Notes: generated by a model from the letters alone, not told the origin. 40,702 nt of DNA from a virus (IMGVR_UViG_2923350032_000005:1-40702), one strand, 5' to 3'; shown: positions 29,046 to 37,549, counted from the stretch's first letter. Numbers and translations are program-made.

Positions 29046-29728
29046 GCCGCCATCTCCCTGACCAGTTTTTCTGCCTGATGGCGAACCTGCGCCAGAAAGG
29101 CCTCACCACATGCCTCAAGTTCATCGCGCCCGATGTAGCTGATTGCCGGTCCCTTCCAGGTCTTGTCGAAAACAGCAATAGCACCAGCGAAGAAAGCGCC
29201 TGTCGGCACCTGCTTCTCATCCTTCGGGATAAACCAGGCAGGCAGTTCAAAACCAATACGCCCGCGAATAAAAGCAATATGATCTGCATCTTCCGGCCAC
29301 CACACTTCGCTGGTGGCAGCTTTGATCAGGAAAACATAGCGCCCGCCTTTATCACGCATGGCACTGGCATGCTTCATGATGTAACGCATGCCGGTGATGT
29401 ATTGCCCCTCATGCTGACTGGCGCGGCTGTATGGGGGATTACCAAAGGCAGCACCTTTAAGCTCCGCAAGGCGTTCTGACCAGTCATGCGCCAGCGCGTT
29501 GTCTTCCGCCGTGTAATACGCAGCACATTTGGCGTTATCACCGTCAGTGAACAGATCCAGAACAAACGGGCCAAACAGGGTGTTAATTCCCCAGAAAATG
29601 TTGTCCGGCGTGCGCCACTGATCGCCCACTTCCTTCAGTTCATGGGCTGGTTTGTTCCGCAGTTCCACCAGCGCCTGGCAATATTTATTACTCATTAAGC
29701 CCCCACGTAATTCCCTGAGAGATACCAC
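29042..29728 (-). CDS. Orphan DNA N6-adenine methyltransferase (phage Dam-like)
   Basis: 228 aa with ...GAAFGNPPYS... (DPPY-type catalytic motif); no adjacent restriction endonuclease. True start may be the internal ATG (MSNKYCQ) near 29695. Confidence 0.75.
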   Translation of the reverse strand: MVSLRELRGGLMSNKYCQALVELRNKPAHELKEVGDQWRTPDNIFWGINTLFGPFVLDLFTDGDNAKCAAYYTAEDNALAHDWSERLAELKGAAFGNPPYSRASQHEGQYITGMRYIMKHASAMRDKGGRYVFLIKAATSEVWWPEDADHIAFIRGRIGFELPAWFIPKDEKQVPTGAFFAGAIAVFDKTWKGPAISYIGRDELEACGEAFLAQVRHQAEKLVREMAA

Positions 29729-30189
29729 TCTTCACCTGATGCAGCCCGCTTACTGCTTTTCCGTAAACACCGTTCACGACGCGCCAGAAAATTGTTTCGT
29801 TCTGGCTGGGAGTGGCTTTCACGGAATGCCGCCATCCACACCGTTGCAGCACGACGGTATAAGCCCCTGGACTCCAGTTCTTCCGCCTGGCGGGTCAGGC
29901 ACAAAATCACCCGCGGGTCGTTAGTGCCGACATAGAAATTGCGCACAGGTCTGGTTTCACGAACTGGTTGCCGTTCCGCCTCCGGCGATATCTTTGTCTG
30001 GCGCGGGAAATGTCTGCGTGTATCCCCTTCACAACGGTGAGCCACACGCCCACTCTGACGTAACTTGCTTGCTGACTGCAGAACGCGCTGCCGTGAGTAA
30101 CCAGCAAAAGCATCCGCAATGTCTCCGGAAGTACACCCCGGATGGGCTTCAATGAATTTCTGAACTTCATTCAAAAGACTCATAATCAC
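29695..30189 (-). CDS. PerC-like domain protein (putative transcriptional activator)
   Basis: 164 aa; C-terminal half AEELESRGLYRRAATVWMAAF resembles the PerC/Pch signature as I remember it; identification tentative. Confidence 0.45.
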   Translation of the reverse strand: MIMSLLNEVQKFIEAHPGCTSGDIADAFAGYSRQRVLQSASKLRQSGRVAHRCEGDTRRHFPRQTKISPEAERQPVRETRPVRNFYVGTNDPRVILCLTRQAEELESRGLYRRAATVWMAAFRESHSQPERNNFLARRERCLRKSSKRAASGEEWYLSGNYVGA

Positions 30190-31127
30190 CCCCTGAATCC
30201 TGCCGGGATCTGGCTGTAGTCCACGTTGTCGTAACTGGATTTGAAGTACGGGTCTTCGCGTTTTTCGGTGTACGTGCTGACGGACGGCGATAAGCGCAGG
30301 GAAAGCTCATCCCATTTTTCCCGCAGCTTCGACGGGCTGAGCACGTTACGGCACCAGAACGGATCGCGGCTGACGCGGCTGTACATCTCGCAGATTTGTT
30401 TGTGAGTACGACCATCCTGCACACACATCAGGCGAATTTCGTTTGCCCAGGCTGTCCAGTTCGGTTCTTTGGGACGAACCACCTCGCCGTCACATTCGGC
30501 AGCCTGCTCGTACAGGGCGATGATTTTTTTCCAGAGCCACTGTGCGCAGGTCAAATCATCCTGCGTCCCCCACTGGCGCTTTTTAGGGCTGAATACAACC
30601 GCATCAGGATGGCGAGTTAAAAAATCCTGTTCATCCGTCTGCGTGTCCGGTTGCGAAGCGTCCGGACGAGAAGTTTTTTTATCTGACGGATCATGTTTTG
30701 ATTTTACTGACGGATCCCCGCCAGATTCTGACGGGTGAAAACCCGCTTTTTTGCCAGATTTCGACGCATCAAATTTTGACGGGTCAGATTTTGATGCGTC
30801 AGATTTTGACGGGTCAGAATCTGACAGTTGAGAAAATGCCGCTGCCTGAAGCTTCGCAACGTTAAGCTGATAAACATTCGACGCATTGCGGTTACCCTGG
30901 CGACGCGCCTTACGCGTTAACCAGCCTTCTGCTTCCAGCCGTGCGATAGCCGTTCTGACGGTACTCATCCCCGCGCCAATCTGGCGGGCAATGGTTTCAA
31001 TTGATGGCCAGCACACACCTTCGTCATTACTGAAATCAGCCAGGCGGGCCATAATTGCCACGCTGGATAATTTCATGCCTGATGCAGCGCAACCATCCCA
31101 TACATAGCCGGTTAATTTAGTGCTCAT
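30186..31127 (-). CDS. Replication initiator, O-like, with internal origin iterons
   Basis: 313 aa; N-terminal HTH region (…SIETIARQIGAGMSTVRTAIARLEAEGWL…); the central low-complexity repeat SDASKSDPSKFDASKS is encoded by the iterons. Confidence 0.8.
   Translation of the reverse strand: MSTKLTGYVWDGCAASGMKLSSVAIMARLADFSNDEGVCWPSIETIARQIGAGMSTVRTAIARLEAEGWLTRKARRQGNRNASNVYQLNVAKLQAAAFSQLSDSDPSKSDASKSDPSKFDASKSGKKAGFHPSESGGDPSVKSKHDPSDKKTSRPDASQPDTQTDEQDFLTRHPDAVVFSPKKRQWGTQDDLTCAQWLWKKIIALYEQAAECDGEVVRPKEPNWTAWANEIRLMCVQDGRTHKQICEMYSRVSRDPFWCRNVLSPSKLREKWDELSLRLSPSVSTYTEKREDPYFKSSYDNVDYSQIPAGFRG
30681..30827. repeat. Origin iterons: about eight direct repeats of a ~15-bp unit inside the O-like gene
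   Basis: Units such as TCAGATTTTGACGGG / TCAGATTTTGATGCG / CCAGATTCTGACGGG seen directly; a T-run at 30674-30680 flanks them. Confidence 0.65.
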
Positions 31128-31136
31128 GACCGACCT

Positions 31137-31475
31137 CTATTTCCCTGAATTTACGACGAAACTGTTCGAGCGGGCTGAAGCACTCATGCTCATAGCCTTC
31201 GCGGAGGTAGATAACTCGTTGTGTTTCCGGCTCCCAACGAATGACTCTGACGGGCACTCCGTAGTGATCTTTGAACCAGCGGTTAACTTGTCGCAAAGGA
31301 CTGTCTCCTTCTGCCGGTTGAAATCACCCACAGCCCACTCAGCAAAGCTGTGGGTTACAATTTCCCTGTCACCAGGTACATTAACTGCATAGCAATACTC
31401 CACCTTCGCTTTTCCACCCGGTACAGGAAGCGCAATCAGTTGCGAGCGACGGTAGTGTGTTGTTAAACTGTTCAT
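31137..31475 (-). CDS. Hypothetical protein (uncertain) between CII-like and O-like genes
   Basis: 112-aa ORF filling a 344-bp gap; contains an 8-bp inverted repeat (CCCACAGC...GCTGTGGG); could instead be non-coding. Confidence 0.3.
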   Translation of the reverse strand: MNSLTTHYRRSQLIALPVPGGKAKVEYCYAVNVPGDREIVTHSFAEWAVGDFNRQKETVLCDKLTAGSKITTECPSESFVGSRKHNELSTSAKAMSMSASARSNSFVVNSGK

Positions 31476-32023
31476 GCGTTAGTTTCTCCACAGTCACGAC
31501 ACGCCACGGCGCCCGGAGCTGCACACTCGCGGGCGTCATTACTTTCTGAAATGCAAAAGATTTTGTAGACCAGTGCTGCATGCTCCTGCAGCTTCGAAAT
31601 TGAGAGATACAGCTCGTCGTTAATTGCTGTCTGCTCGTGTGGCTCCACTACCCCATCTTCGATTGCCGAACGAATCTGCTTTGAGTAACTCCCGATCTGT
31701 TCGATGACTTCCAGCAGGCGCTGGTTTATATCGGCGTTCTCTACTTCCTCAATTTCAGGAAGCGATACGAACACCCCACCAGCAGACTGTGCGACAGCAT
31801 CCGCAATGTAGTGAGTGCCAGCTGCGCGCTGTAAAACCATTGCCCATCCCAGCGGGAAAATCTGATCGCCATCGGCACGAAGGCGGTTAAATAATGCGTT
31901 CTCTGTTACATCCAGCCAGTCAGCAGCTTCAGCGTAACCACCCGGCAACGCCGCGATAGTTTTTCTGACAGCTTTCACGTACCACTTAGGCTGTTTTTCT
32001 ACTTTCCAGTGATGCTTACCCAC
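31472..32023 (-). CDS. CII-like / YdaT-like regulatory protein
   Basis: ORF track gives 31472..32128; the likely start is the GTG at 32023 preceded by AAGGAG, or the ATG at 32056. Follows the Cro-like gene as in Rac (ydaS-ydaT). Confidence 0.55.
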   Translation of the reverse strand: MGKHHWKVEKQPKWYVKAVRKTIAALPGGYAEAADWLDVTENALFNRLRADGDQIFPLGWAMVLQRAAGTHYIADAVAQSAGGVFVSLPEIEEVENADINQRLLEVIEQIGSYSKQIRSAIEDGVVEPHEQTAINDELYLSISKLQEHAALVYKIFCISESNDARECAAPGAVACRDCGETNA

Positions 32024-32045
32024 GGCTATCTCCTTAAAACTGTGG

Positions 32046-32294
32046 TTACTTTTCATCTGATGAATCTTTAATCTTTTGAAAAATATCTGGACGTAATTTT
32101 TCTTTTGATATGCCAGTGGTCTTTTCAATGAATATCGAGAGCTTTGCAGGGGGACGCTTTTCTCTGTTCAACCAGTTCCAGACATGTTGTTGCTTTACTA
32201 AATGACCGCTGCTGGCTGTGAGCTTCCGAGCCAATTCTGATTGACCACCAGCCAGAGCGATTGCCTCCGATAAGGCTAATTGCTCAGGTGTCAT
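32046..32294 (-). CDS. Cro-like / YdaS-like HTH repressor (first gene of the rightward operon)
   Basis: 82 aa, LALSEAIALAGGQSELARKLTASSGHLVKQQHVWNWL is an HTH of the YdaS/Cro type; divergent from the cI-like gene across an operator region. Confidence 0.75.
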   Translation of the reverse strand: MTPEQLALSEAIALAGGQSELARKLTASSGHLVKQQHVWNWLNREKRPPAKLSIFIEKTTGISKEKLRPDIFQKIKDSSDEK

Positions 32295-32429
32295 AGCTTT
32301 CTCCTTTATAGGTAGTTAAGTTGTTACGAGTTGCAAGAATACAACATTAACAACTTTTATCACAACTTTTAGGTGTTGGAAAGCTAAAACATAAAGTTGT
32401 AACCTCATCAAAAAAGAGAGGGATATGTT
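32295..32429. promoter_or_regulatory. OR-like divergent promoter/operator region between the Cro-like and cI-like genes
   Basis: Repeated ACAAC / GTTGT half-sites (AGTTGTTACGAGTTGC, CACAACTTTTAGGTGTTG, ATAAAGTTGTAACC); similar motifs recur at 34020-34173. Confidence 0.5.
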
Positions 32430-33116
32430 GTGAAAACACTGGCAGAACGATTAAAGATAGGTAGAGAGAAAGCTGGCATGAGCCAAGCTCAACTAGCTGA
32501 AAAAATTGGACTTTCACAACAATCTGTAGCCAAAATAGAGAATGGCGAAACTCTACAACCGCGCAAAATTAAAGAAATTGCAAAAGTTTTAGGTGTATCA
32601 CAAAAGTGGTTACAACTTGGTATTGAAGACAACGCATCCATACCTGATCTTGTTGTAAAAGAAGCAGAAAGCACCGCATTAGACCCCGATATTTTCGTAA
32701 ACATTCCTGTTTTAGATGTCGAGTTATCGGCAGGTAACGGATGTCTGGCTGAAATAGTTGAATCAGCTATTGACTGGTTTCCATTAAGAAGAGCAGATTT
32801 GAGAAAATCTGGCGTATGTGCATCTAATGCCAAGATCGTAAAAATATGGGGGAACAGTTTATTACCGGTTCTCAATAATGGAGATCTTGTTGCCGTTGAT
32901 ATTTCTCAAACCGTTCCTATTCGTGATGGCGATCTTTATGCCGTACGAGATGGTGTATTGCTAAGGGTTAAAATACTTATCAACTTACCTGACGGTGGCT
33001 TGATTCTTAGAAGCTTCAACAAAGATGAGTACCCAGATGAAATACTCACCTTTGAAGATAGACGAGCCAGAATTCATGTTATAGGTAGGGTATTCTGGTC
33101 ATCGCGAACTTGGTAA
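32430..33116 (+). CDS. cI-like repressor (HTH plus S24 LexA-like peptidase domain)
   Basis: 228 aa; GTG start with RBS; N-terminal HTH (MSQAQLAEKIGLSQQSVAKIENGE) and C-terminal S24-like region. Confidence 0.85.
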   Translation: MKTLAERLKIGREKAGMSQAQLAEKIGLSQQSVAKIENGETLQPRKIKEIAKVLGVSQKWLQLGIEDNASIPDLVVKEAESTALDPDIFVNIPVLDVELSAGNGCLAEIVESAIDWFPLRRADLRKSGVCASNAKIVKIWGNSLLPVLNNGDLVAVDISQTVPIRDGDLYAVRDGVLLRVKILINLPDGGLILRSFNKDEYPDEILTFEDRRARIHVIGRVFWSSRTW

Positions 33117-33989
33117 TGCATCGAAAAGCATTTCTTCAGAAATAATTTTAAGTTTTGCACCATTATCATCCCTATAAGATATAGCCTTTTCGATCTTCCT
33201 TCCGTGACTTGAGAATTTCCAATCACGGGAGGAAAGCGTCCCAATTACTAAAAAATCCAACTTTTGAGTAATTCCACTACTGATGTTCCCACCAGCATTT
33301 TTAATCAAATTTTCAACTACGGCTCTCTTTCCTGCAACAAAAGTGCCTGTAAGACAATAGGTTTTACCCTCTAACTCTATCGAAGCCCCTACATCAATAG
33401 GCAGCCTGGTCGCCAAACCATCCACCACTCCACTTTCCAAGTCACATCCTGTGAAGTCTACTAATGCCTTATGTAGAGTTAAACTCTCATCTTCAGTAAT
33501 AACACCATCTTTAAGAATTTCCTTTACAAGTGCATAAAGTTTTTTTCCTGGGTAGTTGTTCTTCAAAGCTCCATTTTGCTCAAGCCACCAATTAAGATAT
33601 CTTATTTCTTCTTGAGTTAAGTTCCGATCAGCAATTAATCCTTTACATAGTCCATTAAGTAAATGGACATCTACATCCTTGGAGTAAAAATCAATTTCAG
33701 GGATATCAAGAATTTCCCTCTGTATTTGGAGAAGGCTATTTTTAAGGTCATCACGTTCTTCTGATGTGATTATTCCATCCGCAAGAATATCCGACACCCG
33801 TGCTGATAGACTTTTTATAACTCCATTATTGATAATCTGCTTTGCTTCAAGTAACCATGTATCTAAGTAAAGAACCTCCTCTTCACGGACAACTCCATCT
33901 GCAATAATTCCATCAATGATGCTAATCAAGTTAGCAAATAACTTGTCCCGGTTCTGTGTGTAATTAAAAGCGTAAAGCGCGTCTTCCAT
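33099..33989 (-). CDS. Protein with four TerB-like ~35-aa repeats and a C-terminal BRCT-like domain, in the cI-to-PL slot
   Basis: Start taken at the ATG at 33989 (MEDALYAF...). Repeats of the form DG(V/I)(V/I)xxEE..L..WL; C-terminus LEGKTYCLTGTFVAGKRAVVENLIKNAGGNISSGITQKLDFLVIG resembles BRCT. Convergent with cI, 18-bp 3' overlap. Domain calls are from memory. Confidence 0.55.
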   Translation of the reverse strand: MEDALYAFNYTQNRDKLFANLISIIDGIIADGVVREEEVLYLDTWLLEAKQIINNGVIKSLSARVSDILADGIITSEERDDLKNSLLQIQREILDIPEIDFYSKDVDVHLLNGLCKGLIADRNLTQEEIRYLNWWLEQNGALKNNYPGKKLYALVKEILKDGVITEDESLTLHKALVDFTGCDLESGVVDGLATRLPIDVGASIELEGKTYCLTGTFVAGKRAVVENLIKNAGGNISSGITQKLDFLVIGTLSSRDWKFSSHGRKIEKAISYRDDNGAKLKIISEEMLFDALPSSR

Positions 33990-34019
33990 ACAACCTCCTT
34001 TTTTTGATAATCCTTGCAC

Positions 34020-34173
34020 TCCTTGGCTACTCGTTCAAACCACATAAAGTTGTTGACAACATTCAAAACCACAACTAAATTACAACTTAAAGGTGTTAAA
34101 ACAACGAACAGGCAGGACGCCCACGAAGTAGCCGCCGGTGGCGTATGAATGACCGGATGATTCGTTAAATACT
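34020..34173. promoter_or_regulatory. OL/PL-like divergent promoter/operator region
   Basis: Contains AAGTTGTTGACAACATT (TTGACA -35-like hexamer inside an inverted GTTG...CAAC) and ACAACTTAAAGGTGTTA, close copies of motifs in 32295-32429. Confidence 0.45.
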
Positions 34174-34395
34174 ATGTGTAAGAGAGCGCAAATGAACCGT
34201 TATTTCACATGCTCGTTTTGTGGCGCAAACGAGCTGCAGGCAAAAAAAATCATCGCCAAAGGCGGAAAAGATGAAGTTGCTATCTGCTCTGAGTGCGTAG
34301 TCTTGTGTGTCGGGGCATTAATCAATATCAGCACAACTATTCAGTTCACACCAAATGAGAATGCGCCTTTAGATGCGCGGAAATCTGGAGGTTAA
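34174..34395 (+). CDS. Small protein with ClpX-type C4 zinc-finger-like motif (first PL-operon gene)
   Basis: 73 aa; FTCSFCGANELQAKKIIAKGGKDEVAICSECVVLC versus the ClpX N-terminal zinc-binding domain (…[31 protein letters not shown]…, from memory). Confidence 0.55.
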   Translation: MCKRAQMNRYFTCSFCGANELQAKKIIAKGGKDEVAICSECVVLCVGALINISTTIQFTPNENAPLDARKSGG

Positions 34396-34403
34396 AGAAC
34401 AAA

Positions 34404-34679
34404 ATGAAAGTCCAGATTTTAAACAATAGTGGTGAAGTCGTTTGGTCATACGACATAGCCGCTCCTGTAGATCAGAGCGGCGATAGCTGGACCAATGGGA
34501 AACATCAGATTATGGCTGGAGTTGTGTTCTCTTTACGCCGTGCTTTAGAACAGGCTGAAGTCTTTCCATCAGACCCTGAATGGAAATGGCCTTTTTCTAT
34601 TTGTCCAAATTCGGAGAGTACATTTCAGAAAATTGGTCAGAAAGTCGCACTCGAAGAGCATCAGCCAACTGTTTCCTGA
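34404..34679 (+). CDS. Hypothetical protein
   Basis: 91 aa; GGAGG RBS before the ATG; overlaps convergently with the next ORF by 83 bp, so one of the two may be spurious or shorter. Confidence 0.4.
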   Translation: MKVQILNNSGEVVWSYDIAAPVDQSGDSWTNGKHQIMAGVVFSLRRALEQAEVFPSDPEWKWPFSICPNSESTFQKIGQKVALEEHQPTVS

Positions 34680-34842
34680 TTTTTTCAGGTAACTCGTCGG
34701 CATCGCAGAAACAACAACGCTCGATCATGTTGAAAGCCGATTCGTAGAACTGTTTTTGCTGAGTGTCGCTGAGACAGGAAAAGAGCGACGTTACGATGAT
34801 TTTATTAATTGCATTATCAAGTTCTTTTTCATCAAAAGTCAT
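34597..34842 (-). CDS. Hypothetical protein (opposite strand)
   Basis: 81 aa with an AAGGA-type RBS; contains CCFC; convergent overlap with 34404..34679. Confidence 0.35.
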   Translation of the reverse strand: MTFDEKELDNAINKIIVTSLFSCLSDTQQKQFYESAFNMIERCCFCDADELPEKIRKQLADALRVRLSDQFSEMYSPNLDK

Positions 34843-35096
34843 TTGATTTTCCTTTTATGTATACGGGCTTAAAAGGATACCACCGAGCCTGAAGTGGTGA
34901 AAAGACAGGCACATAACAGCTAAGTATTTTCAACCAGAGAGAATCCTTAGCGTTGTGGTGAATGCGGCTCAGCGCACGCGGGTTAAGGTTGAGGCTGACA
35001 GTCGACCTTCTGTGGATACCCACCCGTCTGGTGTGCAACCTTCGCCAGGCACCGGGAGGCACCCGGCACCACAACTTTATGCTGTGTGTAGTCCTG

Positions 35097-35142
35097 GCGG
35101 TACCAGTTTGTACCCTTGCTTCCGGCTGGTACCGTCCTTTTT
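35097..35142 (+). terminator. Intrinsic terminator candidate inside a structured non-coding stretch
   Basis: Stem CGGTACCAG (35098-35106) / CTGGTACCG (35126-35134) with a 19-nt loop, followed by CCTTTTT. Confidence 0.5.
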
Positions 35143-35279
35143 ACAAAACAGAGAAGAGCATCACCGGACGACGGGCTCATAACCCAATCCATCCGGGAGG
35201 CTGCCACCGCAGGTGTTCTTCTCTGTTTTGTGGAGAAACTAATCGGCCTTGCAGGGTCGATATGATGAGGAGCAGCAAA

Positions 35280-35642
35280 ATGGCTAGCGAACGCAGTACT
35301 GATGTGCAGGCATTTATCGGGGAGCTGGACGGCGGCGTATTTGAAACCAAAATCGGCGCAGTTCTCAGTGAAGTCGCTTCCGGTGTGATGAACACGAAAA
35401 CCAAAGGTAAGGTCTCACTCAACCTGGAAATCGAACCATTTGATGAGAACCGTGTGAAAATCAAACACAAACTCTCATATGTTCGCCCGACTAACCGCGG
35501 GAAAATTTCCGAAGAAGACACCACCGAAACGCCGATGTATGTCAATCGCGGTGGTCGCCTGACTATTCTGCAGGAAGACCAGGGACAATTACTGACTCTT
35601 GCCGGTGAACCTGACGGAAAACTCCGCGCAGCAGGTCATTAA
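35280..35642 (+). CDS. Hypothetical protein, YfdP-like
   Basis: ORF track 34962..35642 is an upstream extension over structured non-coding DNA; the ATG at 35280 (MASERSTDVQAF...) has GAGGAG upstream. About 120 aa. Confidence 0.45.
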   Translation: MASERSTDVQAFIGELDGGVFETKIGAVLSEVASGVMNTKTKGKVSLNLEIEPFDENRVKIKHKLSYVRPTNRGKISEEDTTETPMYVNRGGRLTILQEDQGQLLTLAGEPDGKLRAAGH

Positions 35643-35707
35643 TATCGTTCTTAATTAACTGATTATTTATCTCATCACTGAATATCTTTATATAGTGAGG
35701 ACTTATT

Positions 35708-36532
35708 ATGTCTCAGAACTTAGACGCAACCGCAATTAATCAAATCCATGCCCTTATTTCTGCTCAGGGTGTTAATGAAATTATCAGTAAGATTGGTGCC
35801 GATGCTGTGGCATTGCCTGAGAATTTCCGCATTCATGATTTGGAAAAATTTAATTTAAATCGCTTCCGTTTCCGTGGTGCGCTTTCCACTGCCAGCATCG
35901 ATGACTTTACCCGTTATTCTAAAGATCTTGCAGATGAAGGCACCCGCTGCTTTATCGATGCTGATAATATGCGTGCCGTCAGTGTGCTTAACCTGGGTAC
36001 TATTGATGAACCAGGTCACGCAGATAACACCGCCACTCTCAAACTGAAAAAGACAGCACCGTTCTCTGCTCTGTTGTCTGTTAATGGCGAGCGTAACTCC
36101 CAGAAATCACTGGCAGAATGGATTGAAGACTGGGCCGACTACCTTGTGGGCTTTGATGCTAATGGTGACACCATTCAGGCAACAAAAGCGGCTGCGGCGG
36201 TCCGTAAAATCACGATTGAAGCAAACCAGACCGCTGATTTTGAAGATAATGACTTCAGCGGCAAACGCTCCCTGATGGAGTCTGTCGAAGCGAAGACCAA
36301 AGACATTATGCCAGTGGCATTTGAATTTAAATGCATTCCGTTTGAAGGTCTGAAAGAACGTCCGTTTAAATTACGCCTCAGCATTATCACTGGCGATCGT
36401 CCGGTACTGGTTCTGCGCATTATTCAGCTGGAGGCGGTGCAGGAAGAAATGGCTAACGAATTTCGTGATCTGCTTGTTGAGAAATTCAAGGACAGCAAAG
36501 TAGAAACCTTTATTGGTACTTTCACCGCCTGA
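35708..36532 (+). CDS. DUF2303-family protein, YfdQ-like
   Basis: 274 aa, [20 protein letters not shown]...; resembles CPS-53 YfdQ from memory; good RBS (GTGAGGA). Confidence 0.6.
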   Translation: MSQNLDATAINQIHALISAQGVNEIISKIGADAVALPENFRIHDLEKFNLNRFRFRGALSTASIDDFTRYSKDLADEGTRCFIDADNMRAVSVLNLGTIDEPGHADNTATLKLKKTAPFSALLSVNGERNSQKSLAEWIEDWADYLVGFDANGDTIQATKAAAAVRKITIEANQTADFEDNDFSGKRSLMESVEAKTKDIMPVAFEFKCIPFEGLKERPFKLRLSIITGDRPVLVLRIIQLEAVQEEMANEFRDLLVEKFKDSKVETFIGTFTA

Positions 36533-36659
36533 TTTCATTACTGCAAATGCCCCTGCGGGGGCATTTATGGAAACGTAATTTACTCAATAATCGCCGGATG
36601 GTGAGGGATTCTTTTTACCAGAATTCAGCGCGGTGCAGCGCATATACGTGGAGAACAAA

Positions 36660-37196
36660 ATGTCATTTATTAAAACTTTTTCCGGGAAGCATTTTTATTA
36701 TGACAGGATAAATAAAGACGACATCGATATTAACGATATCGCGGTTTCCCTTTCAAATATCTGTCGCTTTGCCGGTCATCTTTCGCACTTCTACAGCGTC
36801 GCCCAACATGCGGTTCTTTGCAGCCAGCTGGTGCCGCAGGAATTTGCTTTTGAAGCGTTAATGCATGATGCAACAGAAGCGTATTGCCAGGACATTCCCG
36901 CACCACTGAAACGCCTTCTTCCTGACTATAAACAAATGGAAGAAAAAATAGACTCCGTAATCCGTGAGAAATACGGATTACCCCCAGTTATGAGTACGCC
37001 CGTGAAATATGCCGATCTCATCATGCTGGCAACCGAACGCCGCGATCTCGGGCTTGATGATGGCTCTTTCTGGCCTGTACTGGAAGGTATCCCGGCAACA
37101 GAGATGTTCAACGTGATTCCACTGGCACCGGGCCATGCCTACGGGATGTTTATGGAACGCTTTAACGAGTTATCGGAGTTACGCAAATGCGCATGA
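36660..37196 (+). CDS. HD-domain phosphohydrolase, YfdR-like
   Basis: Start at the ATG at 36660 (MSFIKTFSGKHFYY...); HD motif region ...AQHAVLCSQL...LMHDATEAY...; the ORF-track start at 36633 is an extension. Confidence 0.7.
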   Translation: MSFIKTFSGKHFYYDRINKDDIDINDIAVSLSNICRFAGHLSHFYSVAQHAVLCSQLVPQEFAFEALMHDATEAYCQDIPAPLKRLLPDYKQMEEKIDSVIREKYGLPPVMSTPVKYADLIMLATERRDLGLDDGSFWPVLEGIPATEMFNVIPLAPGHAYGMFMERFNELSELRKCA

Positions 37197-37549
37197 ATGT
37201 TTTCGAAATGGAAGGGTTTCTTCGTGGGAGATGTGTACCGCGAGATCTGAAAGTAAATGAAACAGATGCTGAATACCTGGTGCGTAAATTCGATGCGCTT
37301 GAAGCTAAATGTGCAGCACAGGAAAACAAAGTAATACCAGTGTCAACTGAACTGCCACCAGCAAATGAAAGTGTTTTGTTATTCGATGCTAACGGAGAAG
37401 GCTGGCTAATTGGCTGGCGTTCTCTCTGGTACACCTGGGGACAAAAAGAAACCGGAGAATGGCAGTGGACATTTCAGGTCGGGGACCTTGAAAACGTCAA
37501 TATCACTCACTGGGCAGTAATGCCAAAAGCACCGGAGGCTGGAGCATAA
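37187..37549 (+). CDS. Hypothetical protein, YfdS-like (DUF551-like C-terminus)
   Basis: 120 aa, ends ...ITHWAVMPKAPEAGA; overlaps neighbours by a few bp. Confidence 0.5.
   Translation: MRMNVFEMEGFLRGRCVPRDLKVNETDAEYLVRKFDALEAKCAAQENKVIPVSTELPPANESVLLFDANGEGWLIGWRSLWYTWGQKETGEWQWTFQVGDLENVNITHWAVMPKAPEAGA

Noticed and set aside
30681-30827. Direct repeat array considered as a CRISPR array
   Set aside because: Units are about 15 bp with no unique spacers, they lie inside a coding sequence, and no cas genes are present. They are origin iterons.
34962-35279. N-terminal 106 codons of the ORF-track entry 34962..35642 (226 aa)
   Set aside because: This part runs through the structured GC-rich region with its hairpins and has no RBS. 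An ATG with GAGGAG upstream at 35280 gives a compact ~120-aa protein; the extension is treated as non-coding.
34843-35279. Possible retron msr-msd, suggested by the long inverted repeat and structured non-coding DNA
   Set aside because: No reverse transcriptase gene is adjacent; the next gene is a ~120-aa protein with no RT motifs. Kept only as an unassigned structured region.
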